The translations under genes were made by a program, and so were the position numbers. From Vulcanimicrobiota bacterium (GTDB lineage Bacteria; Vulcanimicrobiota; Xenobia; Xenobiales; JADMJV01), in NCBI GenBank assembly GCA_050250895.1, contig JBFWNU010000002.1, forward strand, positions 320,001 to 384,000: DNA of 64,000 bases. Reading direction: 5' to 3'. The notes under the pieces were generated by a model. The model ran no database searches and was not told where the DNA came from. It saw only the letters and a list, made by a program, of their open reading frames with translations. Positions 33,816 to 42,673 of this stretch are shown in pieces; the first letter of the stretch is position 1, and every line of letters begins with the position of its first letter.

Positions 33816-34017
33816 TCGGCCTGCGGCCGACAAGGAGCTGTTTCGGCCTGCGGCCGACAAGGAGCGTCGGCTTCGCCGACGAGATGGGAGCTCTTGCTAC
33901 GCTCGAGAGATGGGAGCGGAGCGGAGCTCCGAGATGGGAGCGAGTTGAGCTGTCGCTCAACTCGAGGTCTTGAGGTAGTCGACGCTTCGCGTCGTAACTC
34001 TGGGGCGGCTTCGCCGC
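33816..34017. repeat. Cluster of REP-like mini-hairpins, including copy B (33931-34017) of the HNH-linked element
   Basis: TCGGCCTGCGGCCGACAAGGAGC x2 (33816, 33843), GAGATGGGAGC x3, GTCGGC-TTC-GCCGAC, CGACGC-TTC-GCGTCG, GCGGC-TTC-GCCGC. Confidence 0.8.
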
Positions 34018-34055
34018 GGAACCGCCCTGATGGCCCTACCGGCGATTCGGGCAGC

Positions 34056-35035
34056 CCACACTGCCGAATGGCTCGCCCGCCTCCGCTTGGGCGGGGCCGG
34101 CAACTCGCCACGGCTACTTCCGGGCGGAAGACAGGCTGGTCGCTAGATTTGGCCCTCCCGCCGCGCTCGCGCAAGCCCGCGCCAGGCCACACTGCCGAAT
34201 GGCTCGCCCGCCTCCGCCGGGGCGGGGTCGGCAACTCGCCCCGGCCACTTCCGCGCGGAAGACAGGTCGCTAGTTCGGCCGGCCCCGCCGTGTGCGCCGC
34301 ACAGTCGGGTTTGACCAGTGTACGGCGCAAGTGTGCGCCGCACAGCTCGGCTTGCCTGGTGTGCGGCGCACAATCCGGTCCACCGCCGAGCCCGCCTCCG
34401 CCGGGGCGGGGCCGGCAACTCGCCACGGCCACTTCCGGGCGGAAGACAGGCTGGTCGCTAGATTTGGCCCTCCCGCCGCGCTCGCCCAAGCCCGCGGGGG
34501 TTCGCCAGGCCACACTGCCGAATGGCTCGCCCGCCTCCGCCGGGGCGGGGTCGGCAACTCGCCCCGGCCACTTCCGCGCGGAAGACAGGTCGCTAGATTT
34601 GGCCCGCCCCGCCGTGTGCGCCGCACAGTCGGGTTTGACCAGTGTACGGCGCAAGTGTGCGCCGCACAGCTCGGCTTGCCTGGTGTGCGGCGCACAATCC
34701 GGCCCACCGCCCAGCCCGCCTCCGCCGGGGCGGGGCCGGCAACTCGCCACGGCTACTTCCGGGCGGAAGACAGGCTGGTCGCTAGATTTGGCCCTCCCGC
34801 CGCGCTCGCGCAAGCCCGCGGCAGGCCACACTGCCGAATGGCCAGCCGCCTCCGCCGGGGCGGGGTCGGCAACTCGCCCCGGCCACTTCCGCGCGGAAGA
34901 CAGGTCGCTAGATTTGGCCCGCCCCGCCGTGTGCGCCGCACAGTCGGGTTTGACCAGTGGACGGCGCAAGTGTGCGCCGCACAGCTCGGCTTGCCTGGTG
35001 TGCGGCGCACAATCCGGCCCACCGCCCAGCCCGCC
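34056..35035. repeat. Hierarchical tandem repeat: three 315-324 bp units, each with two ~80-bp core variants and palindromes
   Basis: CTTCCGSGCGGAAG at 34117, 34248, 34432, 34571, 34756 and 34886; TGTGCG-S-CGCACA three times per unit. Confidence 0.92.
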
Positions 35036-35120
35036 CGCCCCTCGCCGGGCCTGGCCGGGCAGCAGCTGAAAGCGAGCAGAGGGCGAAGGCCCGACCCCGG
35101 CAGATAGCGAAGTAGAAAGG

Positions 35121-35735
35121 ATGGATCCGCTGCGCCAGAAGGCTAGTTCGGCAGGCTTTGACCTGTCGGATCCGTTCCTACGCTACCCGCTTTTCACCCG
35201 GCTAGCGGGGTTGGCTCATGAGGCTTTCGATGAAGAAGACCTGGAGGGCTTTTGCGGGGTGATGCGTTCGCTTTTGTCTCTGACCGAGTCGACTCACAAT
35301 CCGGTGTTGCGTGAGTGCGCCAGGGCCCTGTTGGGGCGGCCGGCCTGGATCGCGCCGGTCTTGGCCGAAGTCGATGCCCAGCTCGAGCATCCGGCCCTGG
35401 TCGAGAACCTGGCCTTCGAGCTCAACTCTCTGTGCCAAGAGGCGGTGGAGAGACAAGAGTGGGACCTGTTCGTCTTCAGGTTGACGCTGCTCGACTCGCT
35501 GGCCGAGAAAAGGCCCAGTCCGGCCATCGGCGAGGGGATCTCGCGTCTGCTTGGATTGGTGCTGCCCAAGTTGCCGCCTGACGCCCACCTGGCGGCCGCC
35601 CTCGAGGCGGGGCGCGGTTTGCAGCGGCGAGGCTTTCCGCAGCCGAAGCATTGGGGTGAGTCGCTCCGGCGCCGGCTCGAGCTGGCTCCGCCCGAGGAAG
35701 CGAACCAGCTCAAGGCCGAACTCGAACAACTCTAG
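35121..35735 (+). CDS. Hypothetical helical protein
   Basis: AAAGG before ATG; in an operon with the downstream GATase. Confidence 0.65.
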   Translation: MDPLRQKASSAGFDLSDPFLRYPLFTRLAGLAHEAFDEEDLEGFCGVMRSLLSLTESTHNPVLRECARALLGRPAWIAPVLAEVDAQLEHPALVENLAFELNSLCQEAVERQEWDLFVFRLTLLDSLAEKRPSPAIGEGISRLLGLVLPKLPPDAHLAAALEAGRGLQRRGFPQPKHWGESLRRRLELAPPEEANQLKAELEQL

Positions 35736-35737
35736 CC

Positions 35738-36589
35738 ATGTGTCGCTTTGTGGCCTACGTGGGCCGTCCGCTATTGATCAGCCAGTTGGTGACCGAGCCG
35801 GTCCACTCGCTCATCCATCAGAGCTACCACGCCCTCGAACGACCCGAACCCCTCAACGGCGACGGGTTCGGAGTGGCCTGGTACTGTCCCGGATGCCAAC
35901 CAGAGCCGGCGCTCTTTCGCGAGATTACGCCCGCCTGGAGCAACGAGAATTTGCGCTCGATCGCCCGCGTCACCACGAGTGATTGCATCCTGGCGCACGT
36001 GCGAGCCGCCTCGCCCGGCACTGGCGTGCACTATCTCAACTGCCACCCCTTCGCCATCGAGCACTTGACATTCATGCACAACGGCAGCCTGGCCGGCTTT
36101 CGCGAATGGAAGCGGCGGCTCATCAATCTGCTCTCGGATGAGGCCTTCGCGGCCATTCGGGGATCGACCGATTCCGAGCATGCCTTTGCCTTGTTTTGGG
36201 ACCTTTATCGGCGCTGCCGGGGGGCTGGCTGGGAGCGGCTCTGCGAAGGGGCCCTGGCCACCATCGCCGAACTCGAGCGACTCCGGTTCGAGGCGGGCGT
36301 CGAGGACAGTTCGTTCATGAACTTCGTGGTCTGCGACGGCGAATCCATCGTGGCCTCACGCTACTCCAGCCAGGGAGACGACGGGGCCAGTCTTCATTAC
36401 GTTAGTGGGCGCGAACTGCGCTGCCAGGAAGGTCTCTATGAACATGAGCCCGGTGACGAGACCGATTTCGTGCTGGTAGCCTCGGAGGAGACGACCCCCG
36501 GGTTCTGCTGGCAGGTCGTGCCCGACAATCATCTGCTCATTGCTTCGCGCACCGGCGAGGCGCGTTTAATGCCGATCGTGCTGCCCTGA
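35738..36589 (+). CDS. Class II glutamine amidotransferase (EgtC/YafJ-like)
   Basis: N-terminal MCR, DGFGVAWY, AHVRAA, NCHPF, HNG and TDSE motifs. Confidence 0.92.
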   Translation: MCRFVAYVGRPLLISQLVTEPVHSLIHQSYHALERPEPLNGDGFGVAWYCPGCQPEPALFREITPAWSNENLRSIARVTTSDCILAHVRAASPGTGVHYLNCHPFAIEHLTFMHNGSLAGFREWKRRLINLLSDEAFAAIRGSTDSEHAFALFWDLYRRCRGAGWERLCEGALATIAELERLRFEAGVEDSSFMNFVVCDGESIVASRYSSQGDDGASLHYVSGRELRCQEGLYEHEPGDETDFVLVASEETTPGFCWQVVPDNHLLIASRTGEARLMPIVLP

Positions 36590-36886
36590 GCGTTCCTGGG
36601 CCACCAGACCGCGGGCAGGCAGGCTGGTGCGGACTTTTTCCAGGGTGGCCAGGCTCCAGGGCTCGAGCATGTCGGCGGTGATGTTCTCTCCACCCCCGGG
36701 GACCGGCTCGCGGCCGGCCAGCACGAACTGCTCCTGGGTGAACAACTCCTCGAGGGCGCGACGATAGTCCTCGTCGAGCACTTCCAGTTGACCCACTCCT
36801 GCCAGGGCCCGCACGGTGCCCACTACGGCTCCGGGCTTCCACTCTCCGTCGCTACGTTCGAGCCGGCGAATCTCCCAGTCAATCAC
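36566..36886 (-). CDS. Small hypothetical protein coupled to the upstream metalloprotease
   Basis: GTG start overlaps the upstream stop (GTGA); ~106 aa, acidic. Confidence 0.6.
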   Translation of the reverse strand: MIDWEIRRLERSDGEWKPGAVVGTVRALAGVGQLEVLDEDYRRALEELFTQEQFVLAGREPVPGGGENITADMLEPWSLATLEKVRTSLPARGLVAQERSGQHDRH

Positions 36887-38019
36887 GATACGCCCTTCCA
36901 GGGAACTTCCATCAGTTCGCACTTGGAGCGCATGTAGTCGCGCAGCGTCGAGTCGGCCAGGGCCGGCAGAAAGCCTTTCACCGAGCGGGTGAGGTGGGTC
37001 CGAAAGGCCCCGTCGTCTTGATAGCGACTGAGCATGTCTCGGATAGAGAGTTCTGGCTGTTGGTGCAGCCATCCCGGCAGGAACGTGGTCAAGGCTTTGT
37101 CGGGATTGAGTTGGCGCGGAACGGCCCCGAGCTTCTCGAGGTAGCGACCTTGACCGTTGCAACCGAAGCCGGCCATCGAGATGGCCTCGTCATCGGTCAG
37201 GCTGCCGGCGCAGGTCTTGACCTGGAAGAACTCGGAGAAGCACTCGGCCCAGTCCTCTTTCTTGTTGACGGCAGCATAGTTGGTGACGAAATCGCCGCCG
37301 GGACCCACGGCCTTGGGGTCGCCCTGGCCGAACGGTTCGGTCGAGAGGCCGTAGCGGTTGTCGGCAGCGTGGCCCATCTCGTGGTAGAGCACCTTCTTGA
37401 CGTGGTTGAGCGACTCGAGGGGATTCTTCTTGAGACCCCTCGAGGCCATCCGCGACAGCGAGATCGAGGTTTGCTCGCCCGATTTGACGGCGGTGCCCAG
37501 AACGTCGCGGCCGGTCTCGCGGCTTTTGCCCAGGTCGTCGATCATGAAGACATCTTTGATCACCGGCATCACCATGCCATGGGGGTCGACGGCGGCGAAC
37601 TGGGCCAGCGCCTTTTCCACCGTTTTGAGTTCGGCGGGGCTGGCGCCGTGGATGTTGACCACATGGGTGACTCCGCCAGTGCCCTGAAGTTCGAGCCGAT
37701 GGACCCCAACCGCGCTGGCCTGACGCTGCAAGTCGAGATGATCGGCGTGGGTGAGAACCCCCCCGGCTGCCGGCTTGGGTGTGGCCTCTTCGGTAACTTC
37801 CATGGCCAGCACGGTGGGATTGTTGGCGGGCGCGGTGGCGACGGGCTGGGGGGCGGGCGGTTCAGGTGGGCTGACGGTCGGCGGAGCCGGGGCCAGGGTG
37901 ACGGAATCCGAGGCGGTCGGAGTCTCCTCGGCCCGAACCACGGCCGAGGCCGCCGGTCTCGGTCGTTCGAGCCGGCCGACCTGGACGGCTGGTTCTCTCT
38001 GTAGAGGGCCGATTGCCAC
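36883..38019 (-). CDS. Zincin metalloprotease (anthrax-LF/ATLF-like motif) with Pro-rich N-terminal leader
   Basis: YHEMGH and NYAAVNKKEDWAECF motifs; TATAAT-N5-GTG. Confidence 0.75.
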   Translation of the reverse strand: MAIGPLQREPAVQVGRLERPRPAASAVVRAEETPTASDSVTLAPAPPTVSPPEPPAPQPVATAPANNPTVLAMEVTEEATPKPAAGGVLTHADHLDLQRQASAVGVHRLELQGTGGVTHVVNIHGASPAELKTVEKALAQFAAVDPHGMVMPVIKDVFMIDDLGKSRETGRDVLGTAVKSGEQTSISLSRMASRGLKKNPLESLNHVKKVLYHEMGHAADNRYGLSTEPFGQGDPKAVGPGGDFVTNYAAVNKKEDWAECFSEFFQVKTCAGSLTDDEAISMAGFGCNGQGRYLEKLGAVPRQLNPDKALTTFLPGWLHQQPELSIRDMLSRYQDDGAFRTHLTRSVKGFLPALADSTLRDYMRSKCELMEVPWKGVS

Positions 38020-38057
38020 GAGCAATTATACCCCACATGCAGTCGCTCGCGCCAGCG

Positions 38058-39224
38058 TTACTTGAGCAGCAATTGCAGGCTTGCGGTCTCGCCGTGCTTA
38101 CTATGCCGCAGAGCGGTGAAATGCAGCGACTCCGGGGTGACGCCTACAGGCAGAAAGAAGACCAGGGTGCCTCCGCTGCCAGCCCCGGCGTTGACCAGGG
38201 TGTCGCGTGGGATGCCGCCCTCGAGCGCCCAGCTGGCCACCACCTGGTTATGCAAGCCCGAACCGCGCTCTTTGCCGTCGCTGGCGGTCAGGCGCCAGTT
38301 CGGCTGACTGACACCGAAGTGCAGCTTGTCCGAGGTGAGATTCTTGGCTTCGAGTGTCACCAAGATCACATGTTGACGTTTTTTGCCGTCCTGAAAGACG
38401 TACTTGCGCATATAGGCGAAGTGCTTCTGGCCATCCTCAGAGGTCAGGCGCTTGGTCCAGGGCAGCTTCTCGTATTCTTCCATGGTGGTTACGTCAGCGA
38501 GCTTAGAGACCCGCATCTGCCAGTGGCCGTTGCTCACCCACGAGCCGGCCGGACCCTTGGCCTCGAGGGGCTTTTGGGCGCTGCCGGGCTTGCCTTTGGC
38601 GGGAGTCGCAAAGACGGTGGCGTTTTGTTGACCTTGCCCCTTCGGACTCTTGACCTTGCCGATGTTGACGACCAGGCTCTGCGTCTCTCCGTCGTGGCTG
38701 TGGCGCAGCGATTCGAAAAAGAGGGCGCCGGCCTGATCGTAGTCAGGAATGAAGAAGACCAGAGTCCCTTTGCCCGTCTTGCCGCCGCCCAGGGGTGCGT
38801 CCTTGGGCATGCCGGACTTAAGATGGCGCATGGCCACGAGTTGATTAAAGGTTGAAGGAGCGAAGGTCTGGCCATCATCGCACCGCAGGCGCCAGTTTGG
38901 ACTGGTGACGCCAAAATCGCGGGGCTCACCACTCAGGTTCTTGGCTTCGACGGGCACCAGGCAGACTCGCAGATGCTTGCCGAAGACCGACTCTTTGAGG
39001 AACTTCATGTGCGCCTCGCGTTTGCCGGCCTCGAAGGGCTTCCAGTCGAGCTTTTCATACTCGGCCAGGTCGTTGGCGTAGGCGACCGGTCCCACCTTGA
39101 GGGTCCAATGGCCGTTAGTCACACACTCACCGGCCGGGCCTTCGCCGCGGTGGGGCTTGTCCCACCCCCCCGGAGCGGCCAGCGCCCAGGTCGAGGCCAG
39201 CAGTAGCAGCAGTAATACTCTCAT
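38058..39224 (-). CDS. Secreted protein with two tandem DUF4352-like Ig domains
   Basis: Signal peptide; duplicated NGHW...EYEKL.W...F...EAKNL...FGV..PNWRL...GTLVFF. Confidence 0.75.
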   Translation of the reverse strand: MRVLLLLLLASTWALAAPGGWDKPHRGEGPAGECVTNGHWTLKVGPVAYANDLAEYEKLDWKPFEAGKREAHMKFLKESVFGKHLRVCLVPVEAKNLSGEPRDFGVTSPNWRLRCDDGQTFAPSTFNQLVAMRHLKSGMPKDAPLGGGKTGKGTLVFFIPDYDQAGALFFESLRHSHDGETQSLVVNIGKVKSPKGQGQQNATVFATPAKGKPGSAQKPLEAKGPAGSWVSNGHWQMRVSKLADVTTMEEYEKLPWTKRLTSEDGQKHFAYMRKYVFQDGKKRQHVILVTLEAKNLTSDKLHFGVSQPNWRLTASDGKERGSGLHNQVVASWALEGGIPRDTLVNAGAGSGGTLVFFLPVGVTPESLHFTALRHSKHGETASLQLLLK

Positions 39225-40825
39225 GAATCGTCCCCTTTTCTTGTGAAGATGAACAAAGAATGCAATTTGGCTCGATCGGCGGCTTTGGCCGGACGCAGGC
39301 CCTCAGAGGTCAAGACGAGTTCCGAGTGGTTCACCAGTTCAAAGCCGGCCTGCTTCATTTGCGAGACGACCTCGTCAGCGGTGATGTTGCCGTGATCGGG
39401 GTCGACGATGGGATTGTTTTCGGACCAGTCCAGGATGACCATCCTACCCTCCGGTTTGAGGCTGCGGGCAATCGAAGCGTAGAAACGGACAACCTGCTCG
39501 AGAGGAGCCGAAGCGCCGGCCCGGGCGCGCGGGTAGTGGAAATAGTGAACCTGTCCCAGATAGGCGAGATCCAGACTGCGGTCGGGCAGCAGGCAGTCGG
39601 TGACGTCGTGAAGTACCAGTCTCACATTGTCGAGAGGCGGCTGGAAGGGCCGCTGGAAGAAATAGTCATCTTCATCAGGCGCGGGGGCGGGCCGCATCCA
39701 GGCCTGGATTGACTGCAGGGCCGAGGCGGAAACATCGGTGGCCCAGACCTGTCCGGTGGTTCCTACCGCTCGCGAGAAGTCGTCGAGCGTAGCTCCTGAG
39801 CCGGTGCCGATGTCGGCGATGACCATGCCCGGCTTGAGTCCGAGCAGCTTGGTCAGGCCCGCGAATCGATCTCGCCGCCCCTTGCGCGAAAGCTCGGCCA
39901 GTCGCTCGAGGGGGATGAAATAGGCTTTGACGCGTTCGGGCGTGGCCTCATAGCCAAGCAGTCGGCCAGGGGGGGCCTCGATAGCCAGGCGATGAGCCCG
40001 ATCCTCTGCGGGGGTGGGTACGGGAGTGGTTCGGTCCGAGAGCAGTTGGAAGTAGGGGGCGGGGTTGCGCTCCATCCGGGCGGAGGAGTTGGGGCTGGGG
40101 TCGGGGCCCACCGACTTCACCAGGCGAAAGCCCGTCTTGGACGCCACGGCCATGTCCTGATCGGGATAGAGGCGGAAACGATTGCTGCAGCGCCACCAAC
40201 TGGGGTGCTCATCGGCGGCGCCCCCACGGATGACGCGGGCGCCGTTGACCTCGCCGAGGTCTTCGCGACCATCGTTGGCGCGGTATGGGTAAGTCGCGTA
40301 GCGCGACGAGCACCATTCCCATTGATGGCCGACCATCGCCAGGCAACCGACCGGTGTCGGTTGGTCGAGTTTGCTACGGTCGAGTTGCTCGCCCCAGGGA
40401 AAGCGCCGGCCGTCGCTGCCTCTGGCCGCTCGTTCCCACTGAGCCTCGCTGGGTAGCCGCCCGCCGGCCCAGCGACAGTAAGCTTCGGCAGCCTTCCAGG
40501 TCACGCCCAGCACCGGGTCTTGCTCGCGACCCGACTCGGGCTCGAAACTCTCTGAGTTTCTGGCAAAGGCCCGTCCGCGAAAGCCACCCTCGGCCAGAAA
40601 GCGAGCGAACTCTTGCTGGCTGACAGGCTTGATGCTGATGAAGTAGGGCTGGAGTTCTACGTGCTGGGCCGGAGCTTCGTCGGGCTCGGCCTGCTCGCTG
40701 CCCATGGTGAAGACACCTGCAGGCACATACACCATGCCGGCTGGTGGGGTAGGGGACTGGTTGGAAGAGCGCGAGCATCCGCCCAGGGCCAATAGCAGCA
40801 AGACGATGATGAAGCGCTCCCCCAC
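39221..40825 (-). CDS. Lipoprotein fusing an FGE-sulfatase (SUMF1-type) domain and a class I SAM methyltransferase
   Basis: LALGG-C lipobox; F.MGS, RLPSEAQWERAARG..FPWG, WEW, RGG and GFR motifs; C-terminal ADIGTGSG. Confidence 0.82.
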   Translation of the reverse strand: MGERFIIVLLLLALGGCSRSSNQSPTPPAGMVYVPAGVFTMGSEQAEPDEAPAQHVELQPYFISIKPVSQQEFARFLAEGGFRGRAFARNSESFEPESGREQDPVLGVTWKAAEAYCRWAGGRLPSEAQWERAARGSDGRRFPWGEQLDRSKLDQPTPVGCLAMVGHQWEWCSSRYATYPYRANDGREDLGEVNGARVIRGGAADEHPSWWRCSNRFRLYPDQDMAVASKTGFRLVKSVGPDPSPNSSARMERNPAPYFQLLSDRTTPVPTPAEDRAHRLAIEAPPGRLLGYEATPERVKAYFIPLERLAELSRKGRRDRFAGLTKLLGLKPGMVIADIGTGSGATLDDFSRAVGTTGQVWATDVSASALQSIQAWMRPAPAPDEDDYFFQRPFQPPLDNVRLVLHDVTDCLLPDRSLDLAYLGQVHYFHYPRARAGASAPLEQVVRFYASIARSLKPEGRMVILDWSENNPIVDPDHGNITADEVVSQMKQAGFELVNHSELVLTSEGLRPAKAADRAKLHSLFIFTRKGDDS

Positions 40826-40971
40826 GGCCAGGGCTTAGACCGGTCGGCGATGCGATCCTGCCAGGCCGACTCGCAGCTATTGACTCCTGCCAGGCGCCTG
40901 GCTGATCGACGCCGGATTTGCAACATCATTTCGGCGCAGGATCCACTCCGAATGAGGGGGTAACTGAGCCC

Positions 40972-41856
40972 ATGCAGCCCACCGCCGCGAGTCTCGGGAT
41001 CGGGGCCGCCCTGGTCGCCAATGCCTCCTGGGTGCTCGGCTCGATCGCCTTTGCTCGGCTGCTTAAGCAAGGCTCGCCGATGGGCCTCAATCTGGGGCGC
41101 GGTCTGTTCACACTGGCTTATTTGGGAGCGGCGCTGTTGCTTTGCTCGACCTGGTCGCCACTGTCCCACGAAAACCTGGCGTGCCTGGCGCTGAGCGGCT
41201 TGCTCGGCATGGCCCTCGGAGATAGCCTGTTTTTTGCGGCCCTGGCCCGGCTGGGGCCCCGCTTGACCTTGCTGCTGGGCATGATGGGTCCGGTCTTTAG
41301 CGTGGTGCTCGGTTTGTTGGTGCTACGCGAGCGTTTCGGAGTGGTCGACGCGGTGGGGATGGTATTGACCCTGACCGGGGTGGCCGGGGTGGTCTGGCAC
41401 CGGGCCGAAGGCGAGGCTCACGAGGGTCGCGCGGTCGGGGTTTGCCTGGCCCTGGGCGGCACCCTGGCTATGGCGCTGGGTAGCCTCCTGGCCAAAGTGG
41501 CTCTGGTCGAGGTGCCTCCTTTGCAGGCCGCGTTCGTGCGCATGGCGGCCAGCGTGGTGGCGCTCTCGCTGCTGGCGCTCTGCACCGGCAGATTGGGAGC
41601 GTGGCTGCGGCCATTTACGCTGCCCTCGAGTCGATGGCAGCTTCAGGCGGCCATCGCCATCGTGGTCTTCGGAGGCTTTTTTTTGTCGATGGTGGCCTTG
41701 CGGCTGTTGCCGCTGTCGCTGGCTGCGCTGGTGGCCGCCAGCGAGCCGTTGATGGCCTTGCTGATTACCTGGTTGGCCCTGAGCGAGCCCGTCTCGCGGG
41801 GCCAGGGTCTGAGTGTAGTGGTGGGATTAACCGGCGTCTTCCTGCTCATCCTTTAG
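40972..41856 (+). CDS. DMT/EamA family transporter
   Basis: About 10 TM helices in two EamA repeats; G..GD..FF.AL..LG and L.E motifs. Confidence 0.88.
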   Translation: MQPTAASLGIGAALVANASWVLGSIAFARLLKQGSPMGLNLGRGLFTLAYLGAALLLCSTWSPLSHENLACLALSGLLGMALGDSLFFAALARLGPRLTLLLGMMGPVFSVVLGLLVLRERFGVVDAVGMVLTLTGVAGVVWHRAEGEAHEGRAVGVCLALGGTLAMALGSLLAKVALVEVPPLQAAFVRMAASVVALSLLALCTGRLGAWLRPFTLPSSRWQLQAAIAIVVFGGFFLSMVALRLLPLSLAALVAASEPLMALLITWLALSEPVSRGQGLSVVVGLTGVFLLIL

Positions 41857-42570
41857 GGCCAAATAGCCCTGGAAGTTGAGCCAGGAGAAGAAAATGCTCA
41901 CCTCGCTGAATCCGGCCCGGCCGAGCATCTGCAGGTTCTCTTCGGGTTCGAATGGCACTAGCCGGTTCTCGAGGGCCTCGCGTTTGCGCCGGATCTCGTC
42001 GACCGAATAGCCCTGCTCAAGCTTGAAATGGTGGTGCTGCTCGATATAGAGGTTATTGGTCTGGCGGCCTGGCAGGATGACCTTTTCGAGCATGACCAGG
42101 CATCCACCCGGCTTGAGCCGTGCTCTAATCTGGTCGAGCAGAGCCTGACGGCGGACCGGTCGCAAGAACTGCGCCACCAGCGAGAGAATCACGGCCGTGG
42201 GCGGTCCCTGGGCGAATTCGGGCGGCTCGATATCAGCTCGAACCAGTTCGATATCGTGCCTTTCACGTCTGGGGGCCAGCTTTTGGGCAGCGTGGTCGAG
42301 CATGGCCTGGGATTGGTCGACTCCTACCAGTTTCAGAGGCTCTTCCGCCAACTCGACCAACCGAACCAGAGTGTTGCCGGTCGAGCAGCCCAGGTCATAA
42401 ATGGGGCCATCGGCCCCTCTGGCCAGCACCAGCCGGGCCATGAGTTCCTGCACGGCCTCGTAATGGGGCACGCTGCGGCGTACCATGTCGTCGAACACCT
42501 GGGCTACCGGGGCATTGAATTCGAACGACTCGTAGCTCGCTTCTTGGCTTTCAAACAGACGGTCGCGCAC
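41827..42570 (-). CDS. cmoA: Carboxy-S-adenosyl-L-methionine synthase
   Basis: F.FN..VA.VFDDMV.RSVP.Y, YDLGCSTG and GYS..EI..KREALEN motifs; exact start uncertain. Confidence 0.88.
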   Translation of the reverse strand: MRDRLFESQEASYESFEFNAPVAQVFDDMVRRSVPHYEAVQELMARLVLARGADGPIYDLGCSTGNTLVRLVELAEEPLKLVGVDQSQAMLDHAAQKLAPRRERHDIELVRADIEPPEFAQGPPTAVILSLVAQFLRPVRRQALLDQIRARLKPGGCLVMLEKVILPGRQTNNLYIEQHHHFKLEQGYSVDEIRRKREALENRLVPFEPEENLQMLGRAGFSEVSIFFSWLNFQGYLALKDEQEDAG

Positions 42571-42638
42571 CCGCTGGGTTTGGACAACCAGGAGGTCCTC
42601 GCCTGCAGTCGTCAAGTGGTGACCCGCGCGGCCCTTTA

Positions 42639-42670
42639 GAAAAAGCCCCGGCTGGTGAGCCGGGGCTTTC
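42639..42670 (-). terminator. Intrinsic terminator of the nfeD-floA operon
   Basis: Minus strand AAAGCCCCGGCT-CACC-AGCCGGGGCTTTTT. Confidence 0.8.
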
Positions 42671-42673
42671 AAG

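Noticed and set aside
34056-35035. CRISPR array
   Set aside because: Repeats are ~80 bp, the intervening segments are themselves repeated rather than unique spacers, and there are no cas genes in the window
33794-35107. Long ORFs (391, 419 and 271 aa) across the repeat array
   Set aside because: Open in several frames on both strands because the sequence is GC-rich and stop-poor; no RBS or codon bias; R/P/A/G-rich translations
35738-41856. Ergothioneine/ovothiol biosynthetic cluster
   Set aside because: No DinB-containing sulfoxide synthase, EgtD or lyase; the genes are on different strands and interrupted
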